Origin: an uncultured Planctomycetia bacterium
Lineage (GTDB): Bacteria; Omnitrophota; Gorgyraeia; Taenaricolales; CAZCCH01
Direction: 5' to 3'
DNA length: 64,000 bases
Assembly (NCBI GenBank): GCA_964497315.1
Contig: CAZCCH010000006.1
Coordinates: 11,830-75,829, forward strand
Both the position numbers and the translations under genes were made by a program. The notes beneath the pieces are model-generated. The model was not told the origin of the DNA. It did not search any database and saw only the letters and a program-made list of their open reading frames with translations. Each line of letters starts with the position of its first letter. The first letter of the stretch is position 1. Below, in pieces: positions 29,844-40,780 of the stretch.

Positions 29844-31201
29844 TGGATAAGCTTGTAGAAAAAAAATTATTTATTGTCATTTTTGCTTTAGCACTAGGGG
29901 TTCTTTGTGGCATAACCCCTATAGAAGTCTTAGCTCCAGTGACTATAATTTTAGTTGGTCTTGGAATAGGAGCACTTTTTATTTCACTCCTTAGCCCAGA
30001 GAGCTTTCGTTTTTTGTATATACTATATGCAGTAGCGTTTTTACTTAGGGTATTTACAGCATCGCTATTATATTTTATATATTCATTTTCAGAATGGTTT
30101 GAAGGTTTTTTTATGCGCGATGGACTTGGTTATAGCATAAATGGATGGTGGATAGCGCAACGTTGGCTAGTTGGTATATTTCCTAGCAGTGGAGAAGTTG
30201 TTACTACTACGGGAACTATAGGTCCTTATGATTTTTGGAATGCAGCTGTATACTACATAACAGGCAGAAGCCCTTTGTCTATTTTATTTATTAATTGCCT
30301 GGCTGGAGCGTTAACTATTATTTTTGTCTACCTTATAACAAGCCAGCTCTTCAACAAGAAAGCAGCCAGGATAGCTTCTTTTTTAACTGCTATTTGGCCA
30401 TCCACGTTTTTGTGGTCTACGCAAAACTTGAAAGAACCAATAGTAACACTTTGTGTAATTGTTATTATATGGGCTTTTGTCAGCATGAGGAATAACCGCC
30501 TTGGATTCCTTGGTCTACTTTTAACATTTGGAGCATTTATCCCTCTCTATAATTTTAGAAACATATGGGCTTACATGCTAGTTGTAGCGGTAGCACTATC
30601 GTTATTATTGCCAAATCTAAAGCCAATAAGATGGTTAATTGTCATTTTGCTTATATCGCTGGCAGGTTCAGCTGTTATAAATGCAATAGAGAGTTTTGGT
30701 ATAGTGAGGCTTGTACGGATGTACCTACTTAAAGATATAACACTTTTAACTTCCGATATTTCCATATTTGAGGAAATAGAATATTTAAGAAATGTGCGGA
30801 CTATGGCAAGTCGTTCTGCTTTTATGCGTGGAGCTGAACTTTCGTCATTGAAAGGATGCTTGACGTTTTTGCCCATAGGACTTTTCTATACATTTTTTGC
30901 TCCGTTTCCATGGCAGATGGGAACTACGATGCAACTTTTTGCATTTCCTGAAAGCATAGCGTGGTATTGCATGGTTCCATTTTTAGTGCGGGGCATGCGG
31001 TTATCATTTGTTAAACAGTGGCGACAGATATCTGTAATGATCTTTTTTGCAGGCATAGTCAGTGTTTTGCTGGCTTTGATAGAAGGTAATGTCGGTACCA
31101 TATTCAGGCATAGGTGTGTGTTATGGCCTATAATTTTTATATTTGCAAGTTTAGGTATAACTAAGTGGAGACAGGATTCCAAGAAAAGAGTAAATATCTA
31201 A
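29843..31201 (+). CDS. Polytopic membrane protein, candidate Wzy-type polymerase/ligase
   Basis: About 12 hydrophobic segments and no soluble domain. The locus otherwise lacks a polymerase. The assignment rests on this inference only. Confidence 0.35.
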   Translation: MDKLVEKKLFIVIFALALGVLCGITPIEVLAPVTIILVGLGIGALFISLLSPESFRFLYILYAVAFLLRVFTASLLYFIYSFSEWFEGFFMRDGLGYSINGWWIAQRWLVGIFPSSGEVVTTTGTIGPYDFWNAAVYYITGRSPLSILFINCLAGALTIIFVYLITSQLFNKKAARIASFLTAIWPSTFLWSTQNLKEPIVTLCVIVIIWAFVSMRNNRLGFLGLLLTFGAFIPLYNFRNIWAYMLVVAVALSLLLPNLKPIRWLIVILLISLAGSAVINAIESFGIVRLVRMYLLKDITLLTSDISIFEEIEYLRNVRTMASRSAFMRGAELSSLKGCLTFLPIGLFYTFFAPFPWQMGTTMQLFAFPESIAWYCMVPFLVRGMRLSFVKQWRQISVMIFFAGIVSVLLALIEGNVGTIFRHRCVLWPIIFIFASLGITKWRQDSKKRVNI

Positions 31202-31227
31202 ATTAACAAACAAGAGAGGATGAGAAG

Positions 31228-31899
31228 ATGAAAAGACCATATAATATTTTTCATATATTGATCACATTGAACAAGCGCAAGTGGGTGATAATTACTACAG
31301 TTCTAATTACTTCTTTTACCGGAATGCTTGTTGGATATTGCACCGAGAGGATATACAAAACCTCAGTAGTTTTTCTACTGCCGCTTGAAGGAGCAGCGCC
31401 TGCATCCATAGGCAGCACTTTTGGAATTGTACCTTTGCGTCTATTTAATCCCCATAAGGATACAATACTTGCTATGCTTAGAAGTAGGAGGATGGCTGAG
31501 GACGTGGTGCGAGAGTTTGATTTGGTTAAAGGATTTGGGACAATGAGAGGTGCCATAAAGGCTGTTAGACACATGGTAACAATTTCCCCTACGCAGTTAG
31601 AAATAGAATTAGTGACAACTGGAAAGGATCCCGAACTTATTACAGATATAGCAAATTTCTATGTCACTAACCTAGAAAAAATAAATGATGAACTAGATAT
31701 TACTGCAGTAAAACGGCTGGCTAAGGTATTGGACCCTGCCTTGAAGCCAGAAACCCCAGAAAGCAGGCAGATTATTAAAAAGACTTTTATGGCTAGCATG
31801 CTCGGTGCAGCACTCGGTTTATTGCTTGCTTTTATTCCAGAGTTTTTACAGCGCCTGCGCAAAGAATATGAATTTATCAACAGACATAGCCATAAATAA
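31228..31899 (+). CDS. Wzz-like chain-length determinant (short form, no kinase domain)
   Basis: N-terminal 'NIFHILITLNKRKWVIITTVLI' matches the Wzz signature region (…RRKWLI…). Second TM near the C-terminus ('MLGAALGLLLAFI'). Confidence 0.5.
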   Translation: MKRPYNIFHILITLNKRKWVIITTVLITSFTGMLVGYCTERIYKTSVVFLLPLEGAAPASIGSTFGIVPLRLFNPHKDTILAMLRSRRMAEDVVREFDLVKGFGTMRGAIKAVRHMVTISPTQLEIELVTTGKDPELITDIANFYVTNLEKINDELDITAVKRLAKVLDPALKPETPESRQIIKKTFMASMLGAALGLLLAFIPEFLQRLRKEYEFINRHSHK

Positions 31900-31913
31900 T
31901 AGAGAGTTATATC

Positions 31914-32462
31914 ATGGATATTAATATTTTTGGATTTTGGAAACTTATTAAACGCATAGTAAGGAAATTTTTGGATTTTTTACTTCATCCACTCCCTGGT
32001 ATTTGCCGGGTACACAGGTGGCAGTATTTTTGTTACCAGAAGATTTTACGTATAAACTACCATGTCCCGTGGCCGGTCCACCTTAGTTCCAGGGTCATGT
32101 ATCCAGAGAGGGTCGTCTGCGGAGAAGGAACTTATCCAGGTTTTTCAAATGCATGTTACATCCAGGCCTACAATGGGATAGAGCTAGGCAAAGATGTACG
32201 CATAGCACCAGGAGTAGGCATTATAAGTGCAAATCATTCTTCAAAAGATTACAATAAATCACTTAAGGCAGATCCTATAAAAATTGGAGATCATTGCTGG
32301 ATAGGGATGAATGTTATTATTTTACCAGGGGTTTGCCTTGGTGATAACGTTATAGTAGGAGGAGGTGCAGTAGTAACCAAAAGCTTTCCTTCGAATGTGG
32401 TGGTTGCAGGTAACCCCGCAAGGATTATAAAAGAAAATCAAGCAGAGGAAGGCAAGGATTAG
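31914..32462 (+). CDS. Left-handed beta-helix (hexapeptide-repeat) acetyltransferase, WcaF-like
   Basis: 'IGDHCWIGMNVIILPGVCLGDNVIVGGGAVVTKSFPSNVVVAGNPARII' hexapeptide repeats. 182 aa. Confidence 0.75.
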   Translation: MDINIFGFWKLIKRIVRKFLDFLLHPLPGICRVHRWQYFCYQKILRINYHVPWPVHLSSRVMYPERVVCGEGTYPGFSNACYIQAYNGIELGKDVRIAPGVGIISANHSSKDYNKSLKADPIKIGDHCWIGMNVIILPGVCLGDNVIVGGGAVVTKSFPSNVVVAGNPARIIKENQAEEGKD

Positions 32463-33965
32463 GTGAGTAATACGTTGAGCAAAGATAATAAGAAGCTAAA
32501 GATATCCGAAGGCATATCCATGGTGCTAGTGGGCAGGTTTATATCTACTGTCTGTACACTTGCAACCGCTGTGGTATTGGCAAGACTTTTAATACCCAAA
32601 GAATTAGGTACTTTCAGGCAAACCCAACTGGTATTAGTTCACCTTTGCCTTATCTTTGCAATGGAATTGGGCCAGGCCATATCTTATTTTGTACCCAAGC
32701 TGAAAGAAAAGGCAAAGGCCGATTCTTTGATCATGCAGACATTTTTCTATTCGTTTCTTATGGGGCTTTTGGCTGCAGGTGTTATATTCTTTGCGGCAGA
32801 TCAGATAGCTGCGCGCTTCAATAATCCTGCCTTGGTAGGATTATTAAGGTTGTTTAGTCTATATCCTGCCCTGGCCTTGCCGGCATTGTGCCTTAACCCT
32901 TTACTGTATACCTTAGACAGACAAAAGAATGCCATGGTTATAGATATAGTATTTGCCCTAGGCTTGGCAAGCTTTACCATTATACCGGTAATATTTAATG
33001 CCGGAGTAGAGGTAATATTAATAAGCCTGCTGATATTTTCAGGCATTAAGCTTATCTTTAGCATATTGTATGCGATAAAGATTTTGGAGATAAAGAAACT
33101 TAGCTGGCAGTCGTCTCTTACATGGGCCCAGGTTAAGTATTGCATTCCGCTTGGTTCTTCAAGGATACTGCCAAGGTTAACCCAGCAGCTTGATAAGATC
33201 ATAGTATCTATATTTTACTTACCGCATAAATTCGCTATTTATTCAGTAGGTGCAATTGCCTTGCCGTTTATAAATGACCTGTCGACAATTATAGCAGATG
33301 TGTTGTTTCCGAAAGTTACGCAGATGTATCATGAGAAAAAGACAGATGATGCCATGGAGGTTTGGCATAAATCCATAAAGAAGGTAACGCTGATTATAGC
33401 CCCGCTTGCGGTTTTTATGTTTATATTTGCCAGAGAGATTGTTACATTTATCTTTTCGAAAAATTATGAAATGAGTGCTGTGCCATTTCAGATATTTTTG
33501 CTTCTTTTGCCTGTAAGATGCACCAATTTTAACCTATTGCTTAAGGCCTCCGGGCATACAGGTTCTATTTTTAAAATAGGCTGCAAGGTATTTTTAGTAA
33601 ATATAGCACTTAGCCTTTTATTTGTAAAACTAATCGGGTATACAGGACCTGCCTTTGCCATGGTTGCATCGGTTTATTACGCAGCCATATCAAGGCTCAT
33701 CAAGATAAAAAAGGTTTTTAATACGAGTTTTTCGAAGGTATTTCCATGGTCGAGCCTTGTAAAAAGATGGGCTATGGCATTAATCCCAGCCTGTCTTAGC
33801 CTACCGGTTTTATACATGGGACTGGCAGATGGCTTGAAGATACTTTTTGGTTTTATTATATTTAGTTGTTCGTATGTTGCGCTCCTTCTTAAATTTAACC
33901 TTATTACAAAGCAGGATAGGCTAATAATAAAGAAGTGGGTAACTTTAGAAACCATTACCGGATAA
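32463..33965 (+). CDS. Wzx-type oligosaccharide flippase (MOP superfamily)
   Basis: 500 aa with about 12-14 TM helices. N-terminal '...SMVLVGRFISTVCTLATAVVLARLL' is typical of the RfbX/Wzx family. Confidence 0.75.
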   Translation: MSNTLSKDNKKLKISEGISMVLVGRFISTVCTLATAVVLARLLIPKELGTFRQTQLVLVHLCLIFAMELGQAISYFVPKLKEKAKADSLIMQTFFYSFLMGLLAAGVIFFAADQIAARFNNPALVGLLRLFSLYPALALPALCLNPLLYTLDRQKNAMVIDIVFALGLASFTIIPVIFNAGVEVILISLLIFSGIKLIFSILYAIKILEIKKLSWQSSLTWAQVKYCIPLGSSRILPRLTQQLDKIIVSIFYLPHKFAIYSVGAIALPFINDLSTIIADVLFPKVTQMYHEKKTDDAMEVWHKSIKKVTLIIAPLAVFMFIFAREIVTFIFSKNYEMSAVPFQIFLLLLPVRCTNFNLLLKASGHTGSIFKIGCKVFLVNIALSLLFVKLIGYTGPAFAMVASVYYAAISRLIKIKKVFNTSFSKVFPWSSLVKRWAMALIPACLSLPVLYMGLADGLKILFGFIIFSCSYVALLLKFNLITKQDRLIIKKWVTLETITG

Positions 33966-33984
33966 TAGAAATAGGAGGTTTTTA

Positions 33985-35013
33985 GTGGGTGTTAATATAG
34001 CTGTTGTAGGTGCGGGTTATTGGGGTCCCAATCTAATTAGGACGTTTAATTCTTTAGATACGGCCCGTGTAGTTACTATATGTGATACTAATAAACAAAG
34101 GCTTAAGCACATAAAAGAACAGTATGGCGATGTTTCTACTACCCTGGATTATAATGAGGTACTCAAAGATACAAATATAGACGCTGTAGTTGTTGCCACT
34201 CCCGCGGATAATCACTACAAGCTAACGAAAGAATGTCTCTTGGCAGATAAAGATGTTTTTGTTGAAAAACCATTAGCACTTAGCGTAATAAAGGCAGAGG
34301 AATTAGTTAAGCTTGCCAGGAAAAAATCAAAAATAATATTTATAGGCCACATATTTTTATATAACGCAGCTGTAGTAAAAATAAAAGAATACATTAAGCA
34401 AGACGAACTAGGAGACATCTATTATATTTATTCTCAGCGTTTAAACTTAGGAAGGGTAAGGCAGGATATCAATGCCATGTGGAATTTGGCACCACATGAC
34501 ATCTCCATACTCCTTTACTGGTTTGATGAAATGCCTATAAAGACTTCTGCTAAGGGCATAACATATCTTCAGGATGGCCTAGAAGATGTAGTGTTTATGA
34601 ATTTGGATTTTGCAAATGGGAAATGCGCACATATACATACAAGTTGGCTGGATCCAAACAAGGTAAGAAAGATGACCATTGTCGGAAGCAAGAAGATGAT
34701 AGTATATGACGATGTAAGCAATGATGCCAAGATACAAATATATGACAAGGGTATTACAAAAAAGACCATATCGGATGACTTGGGAAGTTATGATAATTTT
34801 GGTAAATTCCAACTTATACATCGAGCAGGAGATCTTTTAATACCCAAGATAGATTTTATAGAGCCCTTAAGTGCAGAGTGCAAGCATTTTATAGAGTGCA
34901 TCAATACCAAAAGAAGACCACTAACTGATGGAGAGAATGGTCTTGAGGTAGTGAGAATTTTAGAAGCTGCCCAGAAGTCACTAAAAAGCGGTGGCTTACC
35001 AGTAGATATATAA
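33985..35013 (+). CDS. Gfo/Idh/MocA-family oxidoreductase (WbpB-like)
   Basis: 'VNIAVVGAGYWGPNLIRTF' N-terminus and the family's 'EKPLA' motif. Confidence 0.75.
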   Translation: MGVNIAVVGAGYWGPNLIRTFNSLDTARVVTICDTNKQRLKHIKEQYGDVSTTLDYNEVLKDTNIDAVVVATPADNHYKLTKECLLADKDVFVEKPLALSVIKAEELVKLARKKSKIIFIGHIFLYNAAVVKIKEYIKQDELGDIYYIYSQRLNLGRVRQDINAMWNLAPHDISILLYWFDEMPIKTSAKGITYLQDGLEDVVFMNLDFANGKCAHIHTSWLDPNKVRKMTIVGSKKMIVYDDVSNDAKIQIYDKGITKKTISDDLGSYDNFGKFQLIHRAGDLLIPKIDFIEPLSAECKHFIECINTKRRPLTDGENGLEVVRILEAAQKSLKSGGLPVDI

Positions 35014-35023
35014 ATTAAAAAAT

Positions 35024-36493
35024 ATGAAGAAGTCGAAGATTTTAATGATAGACCCGGAAGGATCAATGCTGGGTCTTAATACGGGTATCGCTTACTGCAC
35101 TTCAGAGCTGCTTAATAACGGTTTTGCTGTAAGCGTACTTGATATGAACAATTTCAGAGATGGTGACGCAAGAGAAAGAATAAAGAATGCCATATTTTTT
35201 GCTGAACCTGACTTAATAGGTATCTCTGTGCATTGTCTTTCTTACTACACTACACAAGAATGCATAGATACGATAAGAGATTTTTGGTCTGGACCTATAG
35301 TAGTGGGAGGAGCAGAGGCTGCTATACAAGCAGAACAGTTTTTAGAGGATAACCCCAAGGTAGATATAGTTGTATTAGGAGAAGGTGAGAGGGCAATTCG
35401 TGAACTAGTCGAATGCATAGAGCGAGATCAACCCATATCATCAGCTTCAGGCATCGTATATAGACAAGACGGATGCATAAAAAGAAGTCCTCCTAGGATG
35501 TTCGAAAAAGACTTAAATTCAGTGGCCTTTCCGAACTACGATGTCTTTGGGGTTAAGCATATAGATGACTATGTGTTAATGACAAGTCGCGGCTGTCCCA
35601 TGAATTGCTCTTTTTGTTTTTCATATACAGGTAAGACATGGCGCGCAAGAAGACCTGCAAACTGCATAGAAGAGATAAAACAAGCGAGAGAGAAATACTC
35701 AATAGATTCTTTCAGGATTTCAGATCCTTTTTTTAATGCCAGGACAGACAGGGTTGAGGAATTTTGCGAGCTTTACCTCGCTGAAGGCATAAACTTGCCA
35801 TGGCGCATAATGGGCTTTAGGGCAGATAAGGCCCCGATATCAATGCTTAAGAAAATGAAACAGGCAGGTTGCATAAGGGTGTGTTTGGGTGTGGAGACGC
35901 TGGATCCTTATGTATTTGAACAGATAGATAAAGGTGAATCAATAGAGACTATAAAAGAAGGCATAAAGAAATTACAGCAATGCGGCATTGAGATAGGTGC
36001 TTTTATGATTATAGGTTTACCTGGCGATACCTATGAAAAGTCATTAAGGTCTTTTGAACAGCTACAGAGGTTAAGGTTGGATAGTCTGCAGTATTCCATG
36101 GCCGTGCCTTATCTGGGTAGCAAACTTTATGATTGGGCAAGAAAGGATGCCAATGTCTTTGGTGACTACAAGAAAACCTCTTCCCGCAATGATTTTACTG
36201 ATGTAGTGTTTGATACGAAGGATTTTAAAAAGAATGATAGGATAAAGGCGTATAAGGCAATTTCGATTAAGGCTAAGAGGTATCCGATAAACCGATACGA
36301 CCCGCTTATAAAAAGAAATGTAGAAAAGTTTAAATTGGTTTTTCAGTATGACAGCATGCATCTTCCATCGCATATATTCTATCTTTTAAAGAATACGACC
36401 CAGCGGTTATTTCCAAAAAAGGATGCCATTAATATTGGCGAGAATGTTGAGTTTAGTAAGGTCCCGGATGGGACATGGGCCTTAAAGTTATAG
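35024..36493 (+). CDS. B12-binding domain radical SAM protein (class B rSAM), paralog 1
   Basis: N-terminal cobalamin-binding-like Rossmann segment ('IGISVHCLSYY...VVGGAEA'), then 'SRGCPMNCSFC' CxxxCxxC. Confidence 0.8.
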   Translation: MKKSKILMIDPEGSMLGLNTGIAYCTSELLNNGFAVSVLDMNNFRDGDARERIKNAIFFAEPDLIGISVHCLSYYTTQECIDTIRDFWSGPIVVGGAEAAIQAEQFLEDNPKVDIVVLGEGERAIRELVECIERDQPISSASGIVYRQDGCIKRSPPRMFEKDLNSVAFPNYDVFGVKHIDDYVLMTSRGCPMNCSFCFSYTGKTWRARRPANCIEEIKQAREKYSIDSFRISDPFFNARTDRVEEFCELYLAEGINLPWRIMGFRADKAPISMLKKMKQAGCIRVCLGVETLDPYVFEQIDKGESIETIKEGIKKLQQCGIEIGAFMIIGLPGDTYEKSLRSFEQLQRLRLDSLQYSMAVPYLGSKLYDWARKDANVFGDYKKTSSRNDFTDVVFDTKDFKKNDRIKAYKAISIKAKRYPINRYDPLIKRNVEKFKLVFQYDSMHLPSHIFYLLKNTTQRLFPKKDAINIGENVEFSKVPDGTWALKL

Positions 36494-36510
36494 ACAACTA
36501 ATATGACATT

Positions 36511-37752
36511 ATGAAGATACTCTATGTGTCAAATACATTTGTGTGGAATACCGGATTAAAATCCAAAGGCGCGCCTTCGCGCTATGTACCTATGCAACGA
36601 TTAGTGGAGAGAGACCATGAGGTACATTTTTGTTTTCCGAGCTTAAATCCTGAGATACATGGTGCGGATTATGAAGGTATTCATCTACATCCTTTTAGAC
36701 TTCCCCTTGGATTGGACTATCATAAGATCTTTGGTGTTTCAGGAGACACCTTTTTGTTGAAGTTGCGACATAAAGTCCTTGGAAATTTAGAATGGTTTTT
36801 CTATCAGATTTGGGGGGTATTATACGGATTTAAGATAGGTAGAAAGATGAAACCGGATATAGTCTATGCTGAAACAGAAAAGGCTGCATTTATAGGGTAC
36901 CTACTTAGTAAATGCTTAAATGCCAAATTTATAGTACGTAGTTATGCAGGTACAGGTGATTATTATAAATCGGATAGTATAATCTGGCGCATTAAGAACA
37001 TAAGAAACATAGGTGCTTATTGGTTGCCTGCTGACCGTTTTATCATAGCGCGTGATGGTACCAATATGAACCTTATGGCTGAAAGACTTGGCGTGCCATC
37101 TGGGCGCATTGCACACTGGAGAAACGGAGTTGATTTCGATATATACAACCCTGATGGGGATATCAGACGCAAGGTGCGTGCAAGGTTTGGACTAAATGAA
37201 GACGTTAAAATTATTCTGTCTATAGCCAGGTTGCATGGCATAAAAAGGGTAGATAGATTGATCTTTGCCTTGCCAGAGGTATTTGCACATGAATCAAAAT
37301 CAGTGTGTATTGTAGTTGGCGATGGACGTCAAAGACAATACCTTCAGGATTATTGCAAAGAGAGGCAAATAGACAAAAGAGTTATATTTACAGGATTGAT
37401 AGACCATCAGTCAGTAATGGATATATTAAATGCTGCGGATATATTTGTTGCATTGGCAGACTATTCCAATTGCGGGAACAACCTATGGGAAGCCATGGCA
37501 TGCGGTAAGTGTATAGTAACATTAAACAATTGCCAGGAGATAACACAGATATTACAACCCAATGTTAACGCAGTCTTACTTCCAGAGGATAAATTGGCTA
37601 AATTACCAGAGGTGCTCTTAGAACTTATCTCTGATGATGAAAGACGCATGAAGATAGAGCATAAAGCAAGAGAGGCTGCCCTTAATAGCTTAGAAACATG
37701 GCAGCAGAGAGCTGATAGAGAGGTTGGATTACTTGAAAGTCTTATTAATTAG
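36511..37752 (+). CDS. GT4-family glycosyltransferase
   Basis: GT-B with '...NLWEAMACGKCIVT...' C-terminal donor-binding region. Confidence 0.65.
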   Translation: MKILYVSNTFVWNTGLKSKGAPSRYVPMQRLVERDHEVHFCFPSLNPEIHGADYEGIHLHPFRLPLGLDYHKIFGVSGDTFLLKLRHKVLGNLEWFFYQIWGVLYGFKIGRKMKPDIVYAETEKAAFIGYLLSKCLNAKFIVRSYAGTGDYYKSDSIIWRIKNIRNIGAYWLPADRFIIARDGTNMNLMAERLGVPSGRIAHWRNGVDFDIYNPDGDIRRKVRARFGLNEDVKIILSIARLHGIKRVDRLIFALPEVFAHESKSVCIVVGDGRQRQYLQDYCKERQIDKRVIFTGLIDHQSVMDILNAADIFVALADYSNCGNNLWEAMACGKCIVTLNNCQEITQILQPNVNAVLLPEDKLAKLPEVLLELISDDERRMKIEHKAREAALNSLETWQQRADREVGLLESLIN

Positions 37753-39379
37753 ACCACCATATTCGCCTACCAAGGTAGGCCTTGCTGGTAACAGGACTAA
37801 GGGCAAGATTAGTGACATGTTTTTGCCTATCGGTGTCCCACTAGGGCTTCTTTATATAGGTGCGATGCTTTTGGAGAAAAAAGTTGACGTTGAAATCTAT
37901 GATGCACTGTATGATGTGGATTTGGATTTTCTAGAGAGAAACGAAGAAATAGATTTTCTCAATTTTACATTTGGCAGTTCTAGAGACATAGTAGCGAAAA
38001 GGATAAAAGAGGTTTCCCCAGATATTATAGGTATCAGTAACCAATATACAGAATTTTTGGATTCAACGATTGAAGTTGCTAATATTGCAAGAGAAGTCTG
38101 CCGAGATGCAACCATAATAGTAGGCGGTGCTCATGCTACTACATTTCCTGAGGACTTTTTAAAAAATACTGATGCCGTAGATATAGTTGTCATAGGGGAA
38201 GGTGAATATACAATAGCTGAAATAATTGACTATAAGCGTGGTGAGAAAGCACTAAGCGAAATAAAGGGGATTGCCTTTAAAAACGACTCCACCATTTGCA
38301 TAAACAAACCGCGTGATTTTATAACCAATCTTGATGTATTACCACTTCCTGCTTATGAGCTTATAGATATGGAGAGGTATTTTCAGATAGAGTTGCGGGG
38401 ACCTAAGTCACGAGATAGATTTAGATATCCTGGTTCGGAAAGGGCAGTGTCAATGATTACCAGCAGGGGCTGTCCATATAACTGTGTTTTTTGCACTATA
38501 GCGCTGCATATGGGCAAGAAATGCAGGTGTCACTCTGCAGACTATCTAATCAGGCATATAAAGTTTTTGAAGGAAAATTACCATATAAACCACATACACT
38601 TTGAGGATGACAACATATCGTTTTACAAATCAAACTTTGAATCTATTTTAGATGGTCTTATTGAGTCTGATCTTAATATAACCTGGGATGTCCCAAACGG
38701 CATACATGTAAACCACCTTGATGAAGCCTTGCTTTCTAAATGCAAAAGGAGCGGATGTGTATATTTAATTGTGGGTGTAGAGTCAGGCGATCAGGAAGTT
38801 TCCGATAAAGTAGTAAAAAAGTCCATCAGACTCGACAAGGTAGAGAAGGTCGCAAATATTGCAAAGAGAATAGGTATTGATATGAGGGCATTTTACCTTA
38901 TAGGTTTTCCAGGTGAGAGGAAGAGCAATATAGTGCAGACAGAAAATTTCGCATTGAGACTTTTTAGGAGGTTTAATGTGTTCCCGAATCTGTCTATTGT
39001 CGAACCGCGCAGGGGTACAGAACTTAATATGTTTTGCAAAGAAAGAGGTTTTTTAAGACAATCTAAGAATCCCAGTCGGTTTGGTATGGACATGATAGAG
39101 ACGCAGGATTTTAGTGAAGCTAGCCTTGAGCGCGAGTTGGTTAGATTCAATGAAAAAAAACGCAGCATGCAATTTCAAAAATATATGTTTTTTTGTATGC
39201 AGCATCCGCTGTTTATAACACGTACATTATTCAACTATAAAAAGCTCTGCAAAGAAAACGGCACTTGCAATCATTCAATAGATATAAAAACATTTCTCAA
39301 GGATATTTTAAAATACAGAAACTTTTCTATCAGCAAGCATGTAGGTGCATATTTAGAAAAAGAAGGGGGCAAAGAATAA
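37724..39379 (+). CDS. B12-binding domain radical SAM protein, paralog 2
   Basis: TTG start. 'IVGGAHATTFPE' B12-domain motif, 'SRGCPYNCVFC'. Confidence 0.8.
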   Translation: MDYLKVLLIRPPYSPTKVGLAGNRTKGKISDMFLPIGVPLGLLYIGAMLLEKKVDVEIYDALYDVDLDFLERNEEIDFLNFTFGSSRDIVAKRIKEVSPDIIGISNQYTEFLDSTIEVANIAREVCRDATIIVGGAHATTFPEDFLKNTDAVDIVVIGEGEYTIAEIIDYKRGEKALSEIKGIAFKNDSTICINKPRDFITNLDVLPLPAYELIDMERYFQIELRGPKSRDRFRYPGSERAVSMITSRGCPYNCVFCTIALHMGKKCRCHSADYLIRHIKFLKENYHINHIHFEDDNISFYKSNFESILDGLIESDLNITWDVPNGIHVNHLDEALLSKCKRSGCVYLIVGVESGDQEVSDKVVKKSIRLDKVEKVANIAKRIGIDMRAFYLIGFPGERKSNIVQTENFALRLFRRFNVFPNLSIVEPRRGTELNMFCKERGFLRQSKNPSRFGMDMIETQDFSEASLERELVRFNEKKRSMQFQKYMFFCMQHPLFITRTLFNYKKLCKENGTCNHSIDIKTFLKDILKYRNFSISKHVGAYLEKEGGKE

Positions 39380-39382
39380 ATA

Positions 39383-40762
39383 ATGGGGTTTTTGCGTAAT
39401 ATATGGACCAATGATAGGAAATTGCTTGCGGTGTTATTTCTGATAGCGCTTTGCTTTAGAATAGGCTCATATGTGGTGTTGGGTGATACGTATTTTTCAT
39501 GGGAAGAGCCAGCGAATAAAGATGCTGCGAAATGGATGGCACAGGGGAAAGGTTATGTAAATTTTAAGGGAGGACCTACATCATGGCGGCCACCAGGATA
39601 TGTCTTTTGCCTGTCTGTTATATACAGGTTATTCGGATATGGTCCTGTAGCACCAAGAATTTTTGGAGCAGTTTTAGGGGCAGGTTTATGTGTAGTGCTT
39701 TATTCTTTGTCATTGAAGATTTTCAACCAGAAACCACTGGCGGTATTTACAAGTCTATATGCAAGTTGTTACTACCACCTAGTGTGGTATAGCAATTGTA
39801 TTGAGACTGAGATGTTGTTTATGTTCGGACATGCTTTGATAATACTATTTTTATTAAAGACGCTTGAGGTTAATTCAATCTGGCCAGCTGTTGTATCTGG
39901 TATTTTATTAGGTATCTGGTCTATGGTAAAACCGATACTTTTAGTTTACCCAGCACTTATATTCCTTTGGCTTTTTTGGGTATATCGCCTTAAAAGACAT
40001 GAGGTTCCCAAGGAGAGGTATTCCTTAAGACATGTATTGTATACAACTGCGATTATTGGCATATTTATGTCGCTGGTACTTGCTCCATGGACTATAAGAA
40101 ACTATAAGGTTCACAAAGCACTCGTACCCGTAGCTACAGAAGGCGGTGCTGCAGTATATACTGGGAATAATCCTTACGCAAAGGGTAGCCATGGATTTCA
40201 GCCAATAGAGTTTACACACGTTGAGAAAGAATTTGGGGTTTCCGATAGGTGGAGTGAGATAGAAATATCCAGACGCCTTTATAGATCAGGGTTTTCTTAT
40301 ATCCGAAATAATCTGGATAAATACCCACAGATTTTGGCTAAGAGGATTATGATATTCTGGAGCCCCTTTATGAATTACCACAAGGATAGGCTCAATTATG
40401 ATTTTACCTATGCCTTTATACTTCTATTTGTGCCGTTGGGAATCTATTTTGGGTTCAGGAAGCCTCAATGGAAGCAAAAGCTTATTTTGGTTATCATAAC
40501 CGTATTGTTTATAGCAGGAATAATGGAGATAGTATTTTTTAGCTCACTTCGCTTCAGGGTTTTAATAGAGCCCTATATCATTTTATTGGGTAGCTGTGGT
40601 CTTTATTTTCTAATAAGGCAGGCTAAGTCAAGGAAAAGGATGATTTTGATCTTGAGTTTAATCTATTTGCTGAATGTGGGTATCTACATCTATTCAGATT
40701 CAATAGTTGAGTGTATAAGATATGTACTCTCCGCAGTTAATCTAAGAGATTGTCAACTTTAA
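39383..40762 (+). CDS. GT-C membrane glycosyltransferase (ArnT/PMT-like), paralog 2
   Basis: '...WRPPGYVFCLSVIYRLFG...' loop and C-terminal 'RFRVLIEPYIILLGSCGLYF'. Confidence 0.7.
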   Translation: MGFLRNIWTNDRKLLAVLFLIALCFRIGSYVVLGDTYFSWEEPANKDAAKWMAQGKGYVNFKGGPTSWRPPGYVFCLSVIYRLFGYGPVAPRIFGAVLGAGLCVVLYSLSLKIFNQKPLAVFTSLYASCYYHLVWYSNCIETEMLFMFGHALIILFLLKTLEVNSIWPAVVSGILLGIWSMVKPILLVYPALIFLWLFWVYRLKRHEVPKERYSLRHVLYTTAIIGIFMSLVLAPWTIRNYKVHKALVPVATEGGAAVYTGNNPYAKGSHGFQPIEFTHVEKEFGVSDRWSEIEISRRLYRSGFSYIRNNLDKYPQILAKRIMIFWSPFMNYHKDRLNYDFTYAFILLFVPLGIYFGFRKPQWKQKLILVIITVLFIAGIMEIVFFSSLRFRVLIEPYIILLGSCGLYFLIRQAKSRKRMILILSLIYLLNVGIYIYSDSIVECIRYVLSAVNLRDCQL

Positions 40763-40780
40763 AATTACTTAGGATAAGAT

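Noticed and set aside
31228..31899. Possibility that the Wzz-like ORF is a Wzc tyrosine autokinase
   Set aside because: Only 223 aa, with no Walker A/B motifs or C-terminal Tyr cluster. It is at most a short chain-length determinant.
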